Source of the DNA: a virus
IMG/VR virus record: IMGVR_UViG_3300037247_001890
Coordinates: 105,275-169,274 of that record
DNA: 64,000 bases
Direction: 5' to 3' (one strand)
Of the stretch, positions 21,257 to 31,426 are shown one piece after another. The translations under genes and the position numbers were made by a program. The notes beneath the pieces are model-generated. The model saw only the letters and a list, made by a program, of their open reading frames with translations. It was not told the origin of the DNA and searched no databases. The number at the start of each line of letters is the position of its first letter. Within the stretch, counting starts at the first letter, position 1.

Positions 21257-21639
21257 TGCACATTGAAATAGGTTTGGCAGTCATTACTTTAATGGCTGCC
21301 TTTTTCTACATTAAGCTTTATAAACATACAAAGCAATTAAAATTAGATTTAAATATATCGATAGAAGCACGAACCAAATTAATGTTTCAGAAGAAACAAT
21401 CAGAGATTGTTACTGGGCAGGTAGCAGAAAAACTAGCCCCATTTTTAAAAGATTTCAAACATGATCCACAAAATATTCAATTTCTAGGGAATCCAATAGA
21501 TTTTATAGCTTTTGAAGAAAAAGGAATTACTCTTATTGAAATTAAATCAGCCAATTCTCGACTGACACAAAAACAAAAAGACATAAAAAATCAGGTAAAA
21601 AATAAAAAAATTTTTTGGGAGGAATTTAGAATTAAATAA
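21256..21639 (+). CDS. PD-(D/E)xK nuclease related to archaeal Holliday-junction resolvase, with N-terminal TM helix
   Basis: GQVAEKLAPF...FLGNPIDFIAF...LIEIKS. Confidence 0.75.
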   Translation: MHIEIGLAVITLMAAFFYIKLYKHTKQLKLDLNISIEARTKLMFQKKQSEIVTGQVAEKLAPFLKDFKHDPQNIQFLGNPIDFIAFEEKGITLIEIKSANSRLTQKQKDIKNQVKNKKIFWEEFRIK

Positions 21640-21640
21640 C

Positions 21641-21669
21641 TTGATTTGTCTAAAAAATTTTCGTAAATT
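21641..21669 (+). promoter_or_regulatory. sigma70-type promoter of the primase operon
   Basis: TTGATT-17-TAAATT, followed by an AAGGAG RBS. Confidence 0.6.
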
Positions 21670-21705
21670 TAATCTCCCACCAACCTCAAAACTCAAGGAG
21701 AATAA

Positions 21706-24402
21706 ATGGATATAGAAACACTTAACAAATTATTTGTTAATCGCAAAGACGTATATGCTATTCAGAAACCAGACGGCAGTTATTTCCAAAGTGGTACGCC
21801 GCTAAGCGACGCGATTTTAGCCACACATTTAAAAGGAAAGCAAACTGTAGGAGTCTATCATTTAGATAAACAAGATGCGGTAAAATTTTCTTGTATAGAT
21901 ATTGATATTAATAAAACAGTCTGGAGCAAAAAAGATTATGACTTCGATGATTGGAAAGATTTAATATATAAACAAATTAGTGTTATAAAGAATAGATTAG
22001 CAAAATATGGAATCACGGGTTATGCAGAAATATCTGGTATGAAAGGCGCCCACGTATGGTATTTTTTTAGCAATCCTATACCGGCTGGTACCGCAAGAGA
22101 CGTCAATCAAGTTATTTTCAGTAATGTTCCTATAGTCGATAAGAATCTTCATCTTGAGCTTTTTCCCAAACAAGATAGCATTGGAGATGGAGGTTACGGA
22201 AATCTGATTAAATTGCCATGTGGTATGCATCAATTATCGAAAAATTTTTCTCATTTTATGGATGATGTCTTAAAAGATATCAATTATGTAGATCACGCTA
22301 CTATACAAAAAGTAGTTAATCCTATAGATGCTATTTTTTTAAATTGTGCTGTAATGGGTGATATAAAAAAACAAGCCGCACTCGGGCATTTGAATCACAG
22401 CCAAAGATTAACATTGGGATATATATTATTAAATGTTCCTGGTGGAGAGGTGGAGCTGAGAAATCTCATAAAACTACAAGATGATTATGATGAAGGAAGA
22501 ACAAACTATTTTATAGGAAAATTAAAACAACGACATTACAAAGCTATAAATTGTCAAAAACTACAATCTGCAGAGATGGATTATATGTGCCCGGGCCCAT
22601 GTACGAAGATACGAGGAGGCAAAAATCCTACTGTATTTTTTCATCGACATTCAGGAGGATCAGGAAACATTGGTAATGGTGCCAATAACCTGTTAGATTA
22701 TAAATCTAGAATAGAAATTTATGAAAAACAAGGAACAGAATTCTTATATAGACCCGATGGAAAAGATCAATATAGACAATTATCAAGTTTTATAATTAAT
22801 ATTACTGATACAACTATACATGATGATGGCGAAACAGTAAAAACAACATCTAAGGGACAGCTCGTTAAAGGAGACGAAAGTTATCCTTTCGAAATTAGTA
22901 GCAAAGATTTAGGCAACCCAGACAAATTGAGATCAGAAATTTATAATGTAGCAGGTAATGAGGGTATTTTCGTTGAGAATTACAATCATTTTATAAACGC
23001 TGTCAATAAATTTACCAAAGCAAACACAACTGTAATAAAGGAATCTTTTGGATACGAGGGTACAGAAAAAGATCCTCATCAAAGATATATAAGTCCCTCC
23101 GTCGTAGTCGATAGTAAAAGCGTGAGAAAAAACACAGAAATTATTGTTGATTTAAGCAATAGAGGTTCTGCTCAATGGCTTGATTTATCTATTATAGAAG
23201 ACCCAAAAGAAGAAAAGGCTTTGATAAAACACATTAATGATGACCTCTTAAATCTAACTGAGTTTGGAATAACGCACGCCTTATTAGGACATACTTTTTC
23301 TCCCATAATAGAACCATGGCTATATAAAAATGATCGTACAAGATACATACTCTTTATAAGAGGAAGTTCTGGAGAAGGTAAATCTTTTATAGCACAAACT
23401 ATGCAACATTTCTACGGAAAACATTTTGGAAGATTTGAATCATGGGCATCCACAACCAACAGTTTGGAAACCGCTGGGTTTAATTACAAAGATGTCATAT
23501 TTCTTATTGATGATTGGAAACGTGGAAATATAAAAGATCACAGGGGAGCTTTAGGTATTTTACAGAGCTATGCGGATAGAAGCGCCAGAACTCGTCTGAG
23601 TAAAGATGCGGAACTTAAAAAAGCAAAACCAATGCGTGGATCACTTTTGATAACTGGTGAAGATTTAGCTGAGGGCCAAAGTTCAGTCATGGCTCGTACT
23701 ATTACACTTGATTATACACAACCAGTGAAGAATATAAATGCTGGTTTAAAAATATTAGATATGAGGCAACATTATAGTGCAATAACTGCAAAATATATTC
23801 ATCACGTATTAAATTATCCGGATAAAGAAAACGTATATCATGATTTTCAAAGAAAATTACATGAAGAATTCTATAAATATACAATAGGAAAACATAATGA
23901 TATTCGGATTGCAAGAAATATGTCTTTACTTTATACTTCGTATCACTTTTTCGCAGAATGGTTCTGGAATGCAGGGCAAGCAGCAATTTATCAAGACCAA
24001 TTTAAACAATACTTAATCGATCAAGTAGATAATCTTATTCGGTTAACCGCAATTCAAAGACCTGCCGAAAAATTCTGGTTTACTTTAAGAGACCTTATTG
24101 CTACAGGAAAATTGAGATTACAAAGCAGTTCAGATGTTGATTTAGACAAAACAATAAGATTAATTCCTATAATAGGGTTCTACGGAACTGGTGGTGAGGA
24201 TTATTTAATTATGGACACTGCACTAAGAGAAGTTGAAAAATACCTTCGTAGTGCTGGTGAGAGTCTAGAATTTTCTAAAATTACAATCATAGAGGATCTA
24301 TATAAAGGACAATACATCAAAAATCCTGCTCCAATTAAAAAATCATTTAACAATCAATTAATGTATGTCTACCCGGTAGACAAAAGTAAATTATTAAAAT
24401 GA
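21706..24402 (+). CDS. archaeo-eukaryotic-type primase fused to a helicase-like P-loop domain
   Basis: AEP motifs CIDID, SGMKGAHVW, FPKQ...GNLIKLP; Cys-rich PriL-like middle; Walker A GSSGEGKS and Walker B FLIDD. Confidence 0.8.
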   Translation: MDIETLNKLFVNRKDVYAIQKPDGSYFQSGTPLSDAILATHLKGKQTVGVYHLDKQDAVKFSCIDIDINKTVWSKKDYDFDDWKDLIYKQISVIKNRLAKYGITGYAEISGMKGAHVWYFFSNPIPAGTARDVNQVIFSNVPIVDKNLHLELFPKQDSIGDGGYGNLIKLPCGMHQLSKNFSHFMDDVLKDINYVDHATIQKVVNPIDAIFLNCAVMGDIKKQAALGHLNHSQRLTLGYILLNVPGGEVELRNLIKLQDDYDEGRTNYFIGKLKQRHYKAINCQKLQSAEMDYMCPGPCTKIRGGKNPTVFFHRHSGGSGNIGNGANNLLDYKSRIEIYEKQGTEFLYRPDGKDQYRQLSSFIINITDTTIHDDGETVKTTSKGQLVKGDESYPFEISSKDLGNPDKLRSEIYNVAGNEGIFVENYNHFINAVNKFTKANTTVIKESFGYEGTEKDPHQRYISPSVVVDSKSVRKNTEIIVDLSNRGSAQWLDLSIIEDPKEEKALIKHINDDLLNLTEFGITHALLGHTFSPIIEPWLYKNDRTRYILFIRGSSGEGKSFIAQTMQHFYGKHFGRFESWASTTNSLETAGFNYKDVIFLIDDWKRGNIKDHRGALGILQSYADRSARTRLSKDAELKKAKPMRGSLLITGEDLAEGQSSVMARTITLDYTQPVKNINAGLKILDMRQHYSAITAKYIHHVLNYPDKENVYHDFQRKLHEEFYKYTIGKHNDIRIARNMSLLYTSYHFFAEWFWNAGQAAIYQDQFKQYLIDQVDNLIRLTAIQRPAEKFWFTLRDLIATGKLRLQSSSDVDLDKTIRLIPIIGFYGTGGEDYLIMDTALREVEKYLRSAGESLEFSKITIIEDLYKGQYIKNPAPIKKSFNNQLMYVYPVDKSKLLK

Positions 24403-25055
24403 ATGAAGATTTAGAAAAAAAGTGTGAAGAAATTCAAAAAAACAATGATGACCTTCTAGATATAAAAAAAATTATAGAAGATTTAGAAAAACGACAGGCA
24501 CCATCTAGAAATCCATCACAGCAATTGCAAAAAGTTAGTATGGCAGCGAAACTGCTAAATACGGAAGACATTGAAAAATGTGTTCTTACCGAGCCAACCA
24601 GGTCAGAAGTTACAACAATAACTACAAAAATACATTCTTTCGATAAACCTGTATTTATAACAATGCCTGGGAGTAAGGTATACACCATATTCGGAAAAAT
24701 TCCAACAATAAGAACTCCCGAAATATCAGCAGAAGATATGGAAATACACATCATGAATGATAAAGAAATGGCTTATAGTGTATATTCAGATCTCGACATC
24801 GATGATTTTGCTGATATTAGCGAATACAAATCTATGCCTCCTGATGGAGTTTTTGTTATTTGTGGTAAAAATTTTGGAACAAGAAAGCTAGACGCGTTAG
24901 CATCTATCCTTTTAAAGTTAGATGTAAATCAAATTATTGTACAGAAATATTCTTATAATAAAAACAACAAGAGTGCCCAATGGGTGCCAGAATATAATAA
25001 ACAAATGACTAAATTAGAGCACTATATTTATAAATTTTTGAGGAAAAATGACTGA
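24399..25055 (+). CDS. hypothetical protein (paralogous to the next gene)
   Basis: 218-aa ORF with overlapping start/stop. Confidence 0.65.
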   Translation: MNEDLEKKCEEIQKNNDDLLDIKKIIEDLEKRQAPSRNPSQQLQKVSMAAKLLNTEDIEKCVLTEPTRSEVTTITTKIHSFDKPVFITMPGSKVYTIFGKIPTIRTPEISAEDMEIHIMNDKEMAYSVYSDLDIDDFADISEYKSMPPDGVFVICGKNFGTRKLDALASILLKLDVNQIIVQKYSYNKNNKSAQWVPEYNKQMTKLEHYIYKFLRKND

Positions 25056-25518
25056 CAAAAAAGAAGCTCTCGCAGAAAGTTCTACTTCAAAAGAGGTAGA
25101 ATTCATTACCCCTGAAGAAATTTGGGCCAAAAACGAATTTATTTTTGTGGCCAAAAAAACTACCATTGAGGTAAAAATTTACAAGATAGACGGTATTACC
25201 ATCGAAGAAAAAGAATCTGATATGAAAGTTACAGATTTTGATGTCTATTTTCCAAAACCATCCGAGATTCTATATTTTGTTTTAGATGAGGTGGTTGTTT
25301 TATTTGGAAAGGACTTTACTGATGAAAGTCTTTCCACATTAGTTGGTATTTTAAACAAATTGGATAATATGGTAGTTAACATCTTAAAACCTTCCATAAA
25401 AAATGAGCCAGACTGGTTTGCAGACTACGAAAAACGTCTTGTGACAGTAGCACAAAACATGGAAACTTTTCTTGGACATGATGTTGACGAGAATCCGGAT
25501 AAAGAAAAAGAAGCCTAA
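25048..25518 (+). CDS. hypothetical protein
   Basis: 156 aa, GAGG RBS. Confidence 0.65.
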   Translation: MTDKKEALAESSTSKEVEFITPEEIWAKNEFIFVAKKTTIEVKIYKIDGITIEEKESDMKVTDFDVYFPKPSEILYFVLDEVVVLFGKDFTDESLSTLVGILNKLDNMVVNILKPSIKNEPDWFADYEKRLVTVAQNMETFLGHDVDENPDKEKEA

Positions 25519-25808
25519 TGAATTTTACGCTTTATATAGGGAGACCTATAGTATTAATAACGAATGAAGTTAATACTCAGAAAGAATTAGAAAATATTAA
25601 TCTTCCAGGTATTACCTACTTAATGCACAGTATCGGCTTCCCAAGAATGAATGTAACAGGCGGCAAGTTCTGCATTGTGCGGAACTTGGTGCCGGAAGAT
25701 CTTGAGGATGAAGATTTTTTCATATATTTAAAAAATATGTGGAAAACCGAAACATTCATTGATCAATACTTACGAACATGCATCGTCATGAAGGAAATAT
25801 CAACATAG
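25518..25808 (+). CDS. hypothetical protein
   Basis: 96 aa, TAATG coupling. Confidence 0.6.
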   Translation: MNFTLYIGRPIVLITNEVNTQKELENINLPGITYLMHSIGFPRMNVTGGKFCIVRNLVPEDLEDEDFFIYLKNMWKTETFIDQYLRTCIVMKEIST

Positions 25809-25832
25809 ATTATTAATTTAGATAAAAAGAGA

Positions 25833-26207
25833 ATGATGAAAAAGAAAAATCAGAAAAGAACGGCTGCTAGAACAGTGATAAAAGCACTGTCAATGCATTA
25901 CACTAAAGATAAAACAATTATCAGTGTTGTATACAAACACACTGAGCATACTAGAAATGTTAATCCAAAAGGTAAAACCAACACACTTGGTGATATAACA
26001 AATTACACTTTATTGGATCGGGTGCGTATTCCGAGATTGCAACCAGAGATGGCAAATGAAACGCGCAGAATAATTGATATTTTATCTTATTTAGAAGCGG
26101 CCGATATTTCTAAATATTATCAACAGGTTGATTGGCGGCAAGCTGTCGCATTAAAAGCGTGGCGTACAAGACGCGGACAGGGAAAGCCAATCATACAAGT
26201 CACATAA
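25833..26207 (+). CDS. basic hypothetical protein
   Basis: 124-aa ORF in the operon. Confidence 0.6.
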   Translation: MMKKKNQKRTAARTVIKALSMHYTKDKTIISVVYKHTEHTRNVNPKGKTNTLGDITNYTLLDRVRIPRLQPEMANETRRIIDILSYLEAADISKYYQQVDWRQAVALKAWRTRRGQGKPIIQVT

Positions 26208-26213
26208 AAATGA

Positions 26214-26963
26214 ATGAATATACTACCTATAGCAAGTTCTTCGTCTGGTAATTGTACTTATATTTCGACAAACGACGCTCACATTTTAATTGATGTGGGT
26301 GTCGCTGTCAAAAAGATAATACAAAATACAGGACGTACAGAATTCGATGCGATTATAATTTCACACGAGCATTCCGATCATATAAAATCAGCTGGACCAG
26401 CGGGTAGAAAATTTGAATGCCCAGTCTATATGCATGAGTGGAGCTATAACGCCAGACAAGATAAATTTTACAATGTAAATATGATAGATCTAAAACCTTC
26501 TGATGTATTAAAATTCGGAGATTTGGAAATAAAAACATTTAGTACCAAACATGACGCAAAATATACATTTGGGTTTTTAATAAAAGATACAACATATAAT
26601 AAAACATTGTGTTATGTCACAGATACCGGAATCATAACTCCGTTAATGCGACAGTACATGATAGGCGCAGATGCCTACTTAATAGAAACAGATTACGATG
26701 TCCAGATGTTAAAGGATTACGAGGATTATTCAGATCTTTTAAAAGATCGAATAGCCTCTGCTTATGGGCACTTAAGTACTAATGATGCTTTAGATGGTTT
26801 AGAAAAAATAGGAATAGATAAAACATCATTTGTAATTTTTGCTCATCTATCGGATAGGACTAACAGACCAGATATAGTTTTAAAAGCAGCAAAAACCAAA
26901 TTTCCAAATTATGATGGCAATTTTTATATTGCTCCAACTTTGGATCCAATAGAATTAAAATGA
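26214..26963 (+). CDS. MBL-fold metallohydrolase (YycJ/WalJ-like nuclease)
   Basis: ASSSSGN, SHEHSDH, HDA, TDTG, GHLS, AHLS. Confidence 0.85.
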   Translation: MNILPIASSSSGNCTYISTNDAHILIDVGVAVKKIIQNTGRTEFDAIIISHEHSDHIKSAGPAGRKFECPVYMHEWSYNARQDKFYNVNMIDLKPSDVLKFGDLEIKTFSTKHDAKYTFGFLIKDTTYNKTLCYVTDTGIITPLMRQYMIGADAYLIETDYDVQMLKDYEDYSDLLKDRIASAYGHLSTNDALDGLEKIGIDKTSFVIFAHLSDRTNRPDIVLKAAKTKFPNYDGNFYIAPTLDPIELK

Positions 26964-27295
26964 AAATAACGACATATCATAAGAGAGTTTGGAAAGTTAA
27001 TCACGAAGAAGCCATTCCCGCTGAAACTGTTAGACGCTTTGGCAAAGGAACAATGGTAGCCTATAATATAGAGAGTGATTATGTAGCCATTATATATTCA
27101 GAAACTGAAAAAAAAATGGAACTCCATGTCGGCTATAGAGTTGACGCCGAAAAAACTATTCCAAATATAATAGGACTCGCAGTAAAACTTGAAGTAAAAC
27201 AAATAGAACTTACAAAATGCGAATTACTGAAACACTTAAAAATTTGGGATCACCACATTCAAGTAGTTAATAAAATGCTTGAAAAGGTAGAATAA
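26960..27295 (+). CDS. hypothetical protein
   Basis: 111-aa ORF with overlapping start/stop. Confidence 0.6.
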   Translation: MKITTYHKRVWKVNHEEAIPAETVRRFGKGTMVAYNIESDYVAIIYSETEKKMELHVGYRVDAEKTIPNIIGLAVKLEVKQIELTKCELLKHLKIWDHHIQVVNKMLEKVE

Positions 27296-27326
27296 TCTCA
27301 GTATATTAATATCAACCAGGACATTT

Positions 27327-28043
27327 ATGGATAACATCATTGTGTGGGATATTGAAACAATTCCACAAGTTTCACCTTTTAGTGAAATACAAAAAGAAAA
27401 AATGGCTAACAAAATAGAGTATTATGTGGAAAAAGGCCAAGATCCAAAAGAGGCTGAGAGACTAGTTGCAGCTACGAATCCATTTTATGGGCAAGTCATT
27501 TGCATATCTATGTATGAAGTTTCAAACAGATATCTCACTGGAAATAAAGTAACATTAGTAGCTTCTTCAAAAACACTGGCCAATGGTCTATTAGATCCAG
27601 AGGAAAAAAATCTTTTAGATGACTTTTGGGAATACATCAAAGGTTTTAAAGGAACCTTTGTAGGGTTTAATAGTCTTAGATTTGATACATGGTTTGTACA
27701 AGTCAGATCTATGAAGCATCAGGTAATTGCTACAAATCAGGATTTTCTTGATTTTAGATTATATCAAAACTACCCACATTATGACATAATGCAACACATG
27801 TCTAACTGGACATTTTCATTACGGCCATCTTTGGCGTTAGCATGCGACTTCTTCAACATACCATCACCGAAAGATGGCGAAGTGCAAGCAAACACCGTGG
27901 CAGAAGCTTATCAACAAGGAAAAATTAAAGAGATAGCAGAATATGCTATGAAAGATGTTGAGGCAACTTATAAAATCTACAAAATCACCAAAAACTATCT
28001 TAAAAGGCCAAACGGAAACTGGAATAAGAACAAAGATCGGTAG
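27327..28043 (+). CDS. DnaQ-like 3'-5' exonuclease (PolB-exo related)
   Basis: ExoI WDIET, ExoII GFNSLRFD, ExoIII YAMKDV. Confidence 0.85.
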   Translation: MDNIIVWDIETIPQVSPFSEIQKEKMANKIEYYVEKGQDPKEAERLVAATNPFYGQVICISMYEVSNRYLTGNKVTLVASSKTLANGLLDPEEKNLLDDFWEYIKGFKGTFVGFNSLRFDTWFVQVRSMKHQVIATNQDFLDFRLYQNYPHYDIMQHMSNWTFSLRPSLALACDFFNIPSPKDGEVQANTVAEAYQQGKIKEIAEYAMKDVEATYKIYKITKNYLKRPNGNWNKNKDR

Positions 28044-28302
28044 AACTTTTCTTACAATAGATTGGGATACAAGACAATGGATTTACCAATTCGGTAAAAC
28101 AGGCCCACTATATTTGACTAGTATGGAAAGTATATATAATCAATTAACTGACGATATGGCCAAATATAAAAAAGCACCTATAGATGTCAAAAAATTGAAA
28201 CAGACACTGGTGTTGGCAAAACAAGAAATGCTAAAAATAATAGACGATGTAGGGAGAAAACTGGATGACCAGAGACGCCTACAAGAACCAATAAAAAAAT
28301 AA
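27955..28302 (+). CDS. hypothetical protein (start uncertain)
   Basis: ORF fills the gap before the ATPase gene. Confidence 0.45.
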   Translation: MLRQLIKSTKSPKTILKGQTETGIRTKIGRTFLTIDWDTRQWIYQFGKTGPLYLTSMESIYNQLTDDMAKYKKAPIDVKKLKQTLVLAKQEMLKIIDDVGRKLDDQRRLQEPIKK

Positions 28303-29238
28303 ATGAGTTTATTTTTAAAGGCTGAGGCTAAAGCAAACCGCCTCAAAATGTACGTGTATGGACCGTCAGGGTCAGGGAAAACAGTAACTTCCTTGCACTT
28401 CCCTACCCCGGCAGTGATAGACACAGAAAAAGGAACCAATTTCTACGGAGATAAGTTCGATTTCTTTCGTATACAAACACAAGACCACGAAATAGTTGGA
28501 CAAGCTGTAGATGAGCTATTAGAAGATCCAAAAGATTTCAAAACACTCGTAATAGATCCAATCAGACGGATTGACGATAGTATAGTTTTAAGACAATTGA
28601 AAAGAATGCGTGTAAAGAAAGATAATCCTTCCTATACTTTGGCACCATTGGATTACAAAGTAATTAAAGAAGAACGCAACATTCTTTTCAGAAAAATACT
28701 TTCATTGGATATGAATATCATCCTCACTGCTCCTACGAAAACCCAATATTCCGAGGACGAAGGAGATTTCATGAAAGTAATCGGCGTACAGCCAGACGGC
28801 CCCAAAGATATGCCTTATCTCGTAGATATTGTATTAAGATTAGAAGTAGATGCAGAAAATGTGAGATGGGCTATTGTTGAAAAAGACAGAAGTAATCGTC
28901 TGCCGGAACGCTTCGAATTCAGTTATGCTTCCTTTGTAAAATATCTGGGTGTAGATGGACTGGAAAGAGAAGCAGTACAATTTGACCAGCAAACTTCATT
29001 CAATGAAGCAGCAGGTCGCAATAAAGAAGTGGTATTCCAGGGAACCACTATAAACACAGCTGGTATTACTAGCTTTCAATTAGAGGAACTACAAAAAGTA
29101 ATTGAACCTCTTGATGAAGCAGCAGTAAACCACAAACTTCTGGATGATTATGCTGTAACAAGTGCTCTTGACTTAAGAGAAGATGAAGCGGCATTATTCA
29201 TTAAATCAATACAAGAAGAAACCAATGATAACGAATGA
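28303..29238 (+). CDS. Sak4-like/AAA_24 ATPase (single-strand annealing recombinase)
   Basis: YGPSGSGKT, IDTEKG, TLVIDP, EKDRS; adjacent SSB-like gene. Confidence 0.8.
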   Translation: MSLFLKAEAKANRLKMYVYGPSGSGKTVTSLHFPTPAVIDTEKGTNFYGDKFDFFRIQTQDHEIVGQAVDELLEDPKDFKTLVIDPIRRIDDSIVLRQLKRMRVKKDNPSYTLAPLDYKVIKEERNILFRKILSLDMNIILTAPTKTQYSEDEGDFMKVIGVQPDGPKDMPYLVDIVLRLEVDAENVRWAIVEKDRSNRLPERFEFSYASFVKYLGVDGLEREAVQFDQQTSFNEAAGRNKEVVFQGTTINTAGITSFQLEELQKVIEPLDEAAVNHKLLDDYAVTSALDLREDEAALFIKSIQEETNDNE

Positions 29239-29696
29239 TAGATTTTACTAAAGTTGATACTGGTAGTATCAAATCTGCTTTGCCTGAAGGATGGTATACT
29301 GTTCAAGCAGCTAAAGCTGATTTACGAGAATCTAAAAATGGACCAAAGACTATGATTAACACGGAATTCAACATTCTGTCTCCTGTAAAATATGATAAAA
29401 GAAAAGTATGGACTAATTTTAATCTTGGTACTAATTCCCTTTGGGCATTAAAAACATTTTTGGAAAAAGCAAATTCTGATTTACTTAATAAAGGCGATGT
29501 CAATGAGGAAACTATCGCAGCCGGCATGCCAGGACTAGTTTGTCAGGCATATCTTGAACCAGACACATCACCTAGCGGCGATCCAAGAAATAGAATTACA
29601 AATTGGAAAGAAAGCGAAACAGTTGACGCTGAGTCAAGACCATCTGCAGAAGCTCAACCTGCAGAAACTCAACCTAAAAGTCCCTTATTCAAGTAA
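29235..29696 (+). CDS. DUF669-like single-stranded DNA-binding protein
   Basis: LPEGWYTV...SKNG...RKVWTNF with an acidic/Pro tail; follows the Sak4-like gene. Confidence 0.7.
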   Translation: MIDFTKVDTGSIKSALPEGWYTVQAAKADLRESKNGPKTMINTEFNILSPVKYDKRKVWTNFNLGTNSLWALKTFLEKANSDLLNKGDVNEETIAAGMPGLVCQAYLEPDTSPSGDPRNRITNWKESETVDAESRPSAEAQPAETQPKSPLFK

Positions 29697-29703
29697 TATT
29701 TAT

Positions 29704-29750
29704 AGTTCGGTTATGGGCGGACTTTCGTCCTAACCGGACTTTTTATTTTT
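29704..29750 (+). terminator. intrinsic terminator
   Basis: AGTTCGGTTA/TAACCGGACT stem plus T tract. Confidence 0.6.
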
Positions 29751-29767
29751 AAAGGAGAAACATAAAC

Positions 29768-30448
29768 ATGAATTATACAAAAGAAGACCTCGAGGGAAAA
29801 GTAAGAAAAGAACTCGTAGAAATTGCCAAAGACTTAAATCTTACCACCTCTGGCAATAGGACTGATTTAATCAACCGAATTTTCGACCATAAACCATCAT
29901 TTGAGGATATGATATCGAGTGCGCCTGTGTCCAAAGATGGGGATATAAACATTTCTATTGAAGAAAAACCTAATCTACCCGACGATGAAGTTGATATAGG
30001 AGTAGAAGTAAATGATGCATATCCAGATGAAGAACCCGAAGGTGCTACCACTGAAGAGTTATCTCATGCAGAACCTGAAGCTGAAGATAAAGAACCCGAA
30101 GCTGAAGATAAAATTGAAAAAGCAACAGTAATAACAGCACCTCCTATAGAAGTTGCAGAAACTGCAAAAACTCCAGAAGGAATGGTTCCGGAAAATACGG
30201 CACAAGACATTTTAAAAGGCTGGAGAAATACCATACAGGCTTTTTATACAAGAAATGTGAGTGGTATAGCACCTTCTCGACCATCTTCCGCGGAATTTGT
30301 CGCAGAACAATTAGGGCGCACCATAGCAATCCCAATTCTAAAAAACTGGCAAGCTACTATCATAGCACAATTGCGACCAACACGTGGTTTAGCACCAGGA
30401 CCACCAAAGTCTGTAAAAGACGTAATTCAAATAATTAAAAGTTTGTAA
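29768..30448 (+). CDS. SAP/Rho-N-like domain protein with acidic linker
   Basis: KVRKELVEIAKDLNLTTSGNRTDLINRI. Confidence 0.65.
   Translation: MNYTKEDLEGKVRKELVEIAKDLNLTTSGNRTDLINRIFDHKPSFEDMISSAPVSKDGDINISIEEKPNLPDDEVDIGVEVNDAYPDEEPEGATTEELSHAEPEAEDKEPEAEDKIEKATVITAPPIEVAETAKTPEGMVPENTAQDILKGWRNTIQAFYTRNVSGIAPSRPSSAEFVAEQLGRTIAIPILKNWQATIIAQLRPTRGLAPGPPKSVKDVIQIIKSL
30071..30112 (+). repeat. 21-bp tandem duplication (EPEAEDK x2)
   Basis: gaacctgaagctgaagataaa / gaacccgaagctgaagataaa. Confidence 0.9.
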
Positions 30449-30465
30449 TTCTTAGGAATTAACGA

Positions 30466-31008
30466 ATGACTCAAAAGCTTTATATTCCTATAGGAATACC
30501 GGCTTCCGGAAAAACAACTTATTGGAACGACCATTTTGATAAGGAACAGGTATTGAGATTATCACGTGATGATATCAATACTATGTTATCTGGTCCTGTT
30601 TTTACACAAAACATTAATAGCGTTATAAAAGATTCTGAAAATGTTATATTAGAATCGGCTCTTGAAGCTGGTTTTAGTATTTATATTGATAGAGTTAATT
30701 TAACTCCTAAATCCAGGAAAAGATTTATTAATAAAGCAAAAAGTATAAAACCAAAGTTGTATGTTGTTGGATTATATTTTAAACCTGATTTGAAAAAATC
30801 AGTTCTTAGAAACGATAGTAGGACTGATAAAACGCTTGACCAAAGGGAAAAATTAGAAGAATTTATTCCGGAAGCAAAACGTATATTAACAGAACCTTCA
30901 TTTGATGAAAGTTTTGATGAAATCCATTTTATAAAACCAGATGGGACAACAGACCGAGTGGAAAAAGTTCGAGAACTCGATCAAGAAGACAAATTACAAG
31001 TATCGTAA
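30466..31008 (+). CDS. P-loop kinase, polynucleotide-kinase-like (AAA_33)
   Basis: GIPASGKTT, LSRDDI, YIDRVNLTPKSR. Confidence 0.75.
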   Translation: MTQKLYIPIGIPASGKTTYWNDHFDKEQVLRLSRDDINTMLSGPVFTQNINSVIKDSENVILESALEAGFSIYIDRVNLTPKSRKRFINKAKSIKPKLYVVGLYFKPDLKKSVLRNDSRTDKTLDQREKLEEFIPEAKRILTEPSFDESFDEIHFIKPDGTTDRVEKVRELDQEDKLQVS

Positions 31009-31426
31009 AGATACATTAGCAGTTATCGAGTATCACGAAATACCAGTAAAAGGAAACATCCTGAAACAATCAACAGTTGATTTCACAGGGGTGTATGGAC
31101 CAAATGGCAAAGGAATAGCATTTGATGCGAAACAGACAGGGGAAGCTAAACGTTTCCCCTTGTCTAATATGAAACAACATCAAGTGGAATTCCTACGCTA
31201 TTGGGATATCGTGGGCGGAGAAGCTTACGTATTTATTCAATTTTATAACGTCCAAGGTTTTGAAGAATTCTATATGGCACCAATATCATTAATAACAAAT
31301 TATTGGGACAAACGAGGCGGAGGACGCAAATCAATTCCGATAGAAGACTTCAAAGATATTTGGAAAAGACAAACAAAAGATTATTTAAAATTATATGAAA
31401 ACAATAATAGTGCTAACGGGAAGTAA
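30941..31426 (+). CDS. recU: RecU Holliday junction resolvase
   Basis: STVDFTG...IAFDAKQT...FPLSNMKQHQ. Confidence 0.85.
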   Translation: MGQQTEWKKFENSIKKTNYKYRKDTLAVIEYHEIPVKGNILKQSTVDFTGVYGPNGKGIAFDAKQTGEAKRFPLSNMKQHQVEFLRYWDIVGGEAYVFIQFYNVQGFEEFYMAPISLITNYWDKRGGGRKSIPIEDFKDIWKRQTKDYLKLYENNNSANGK

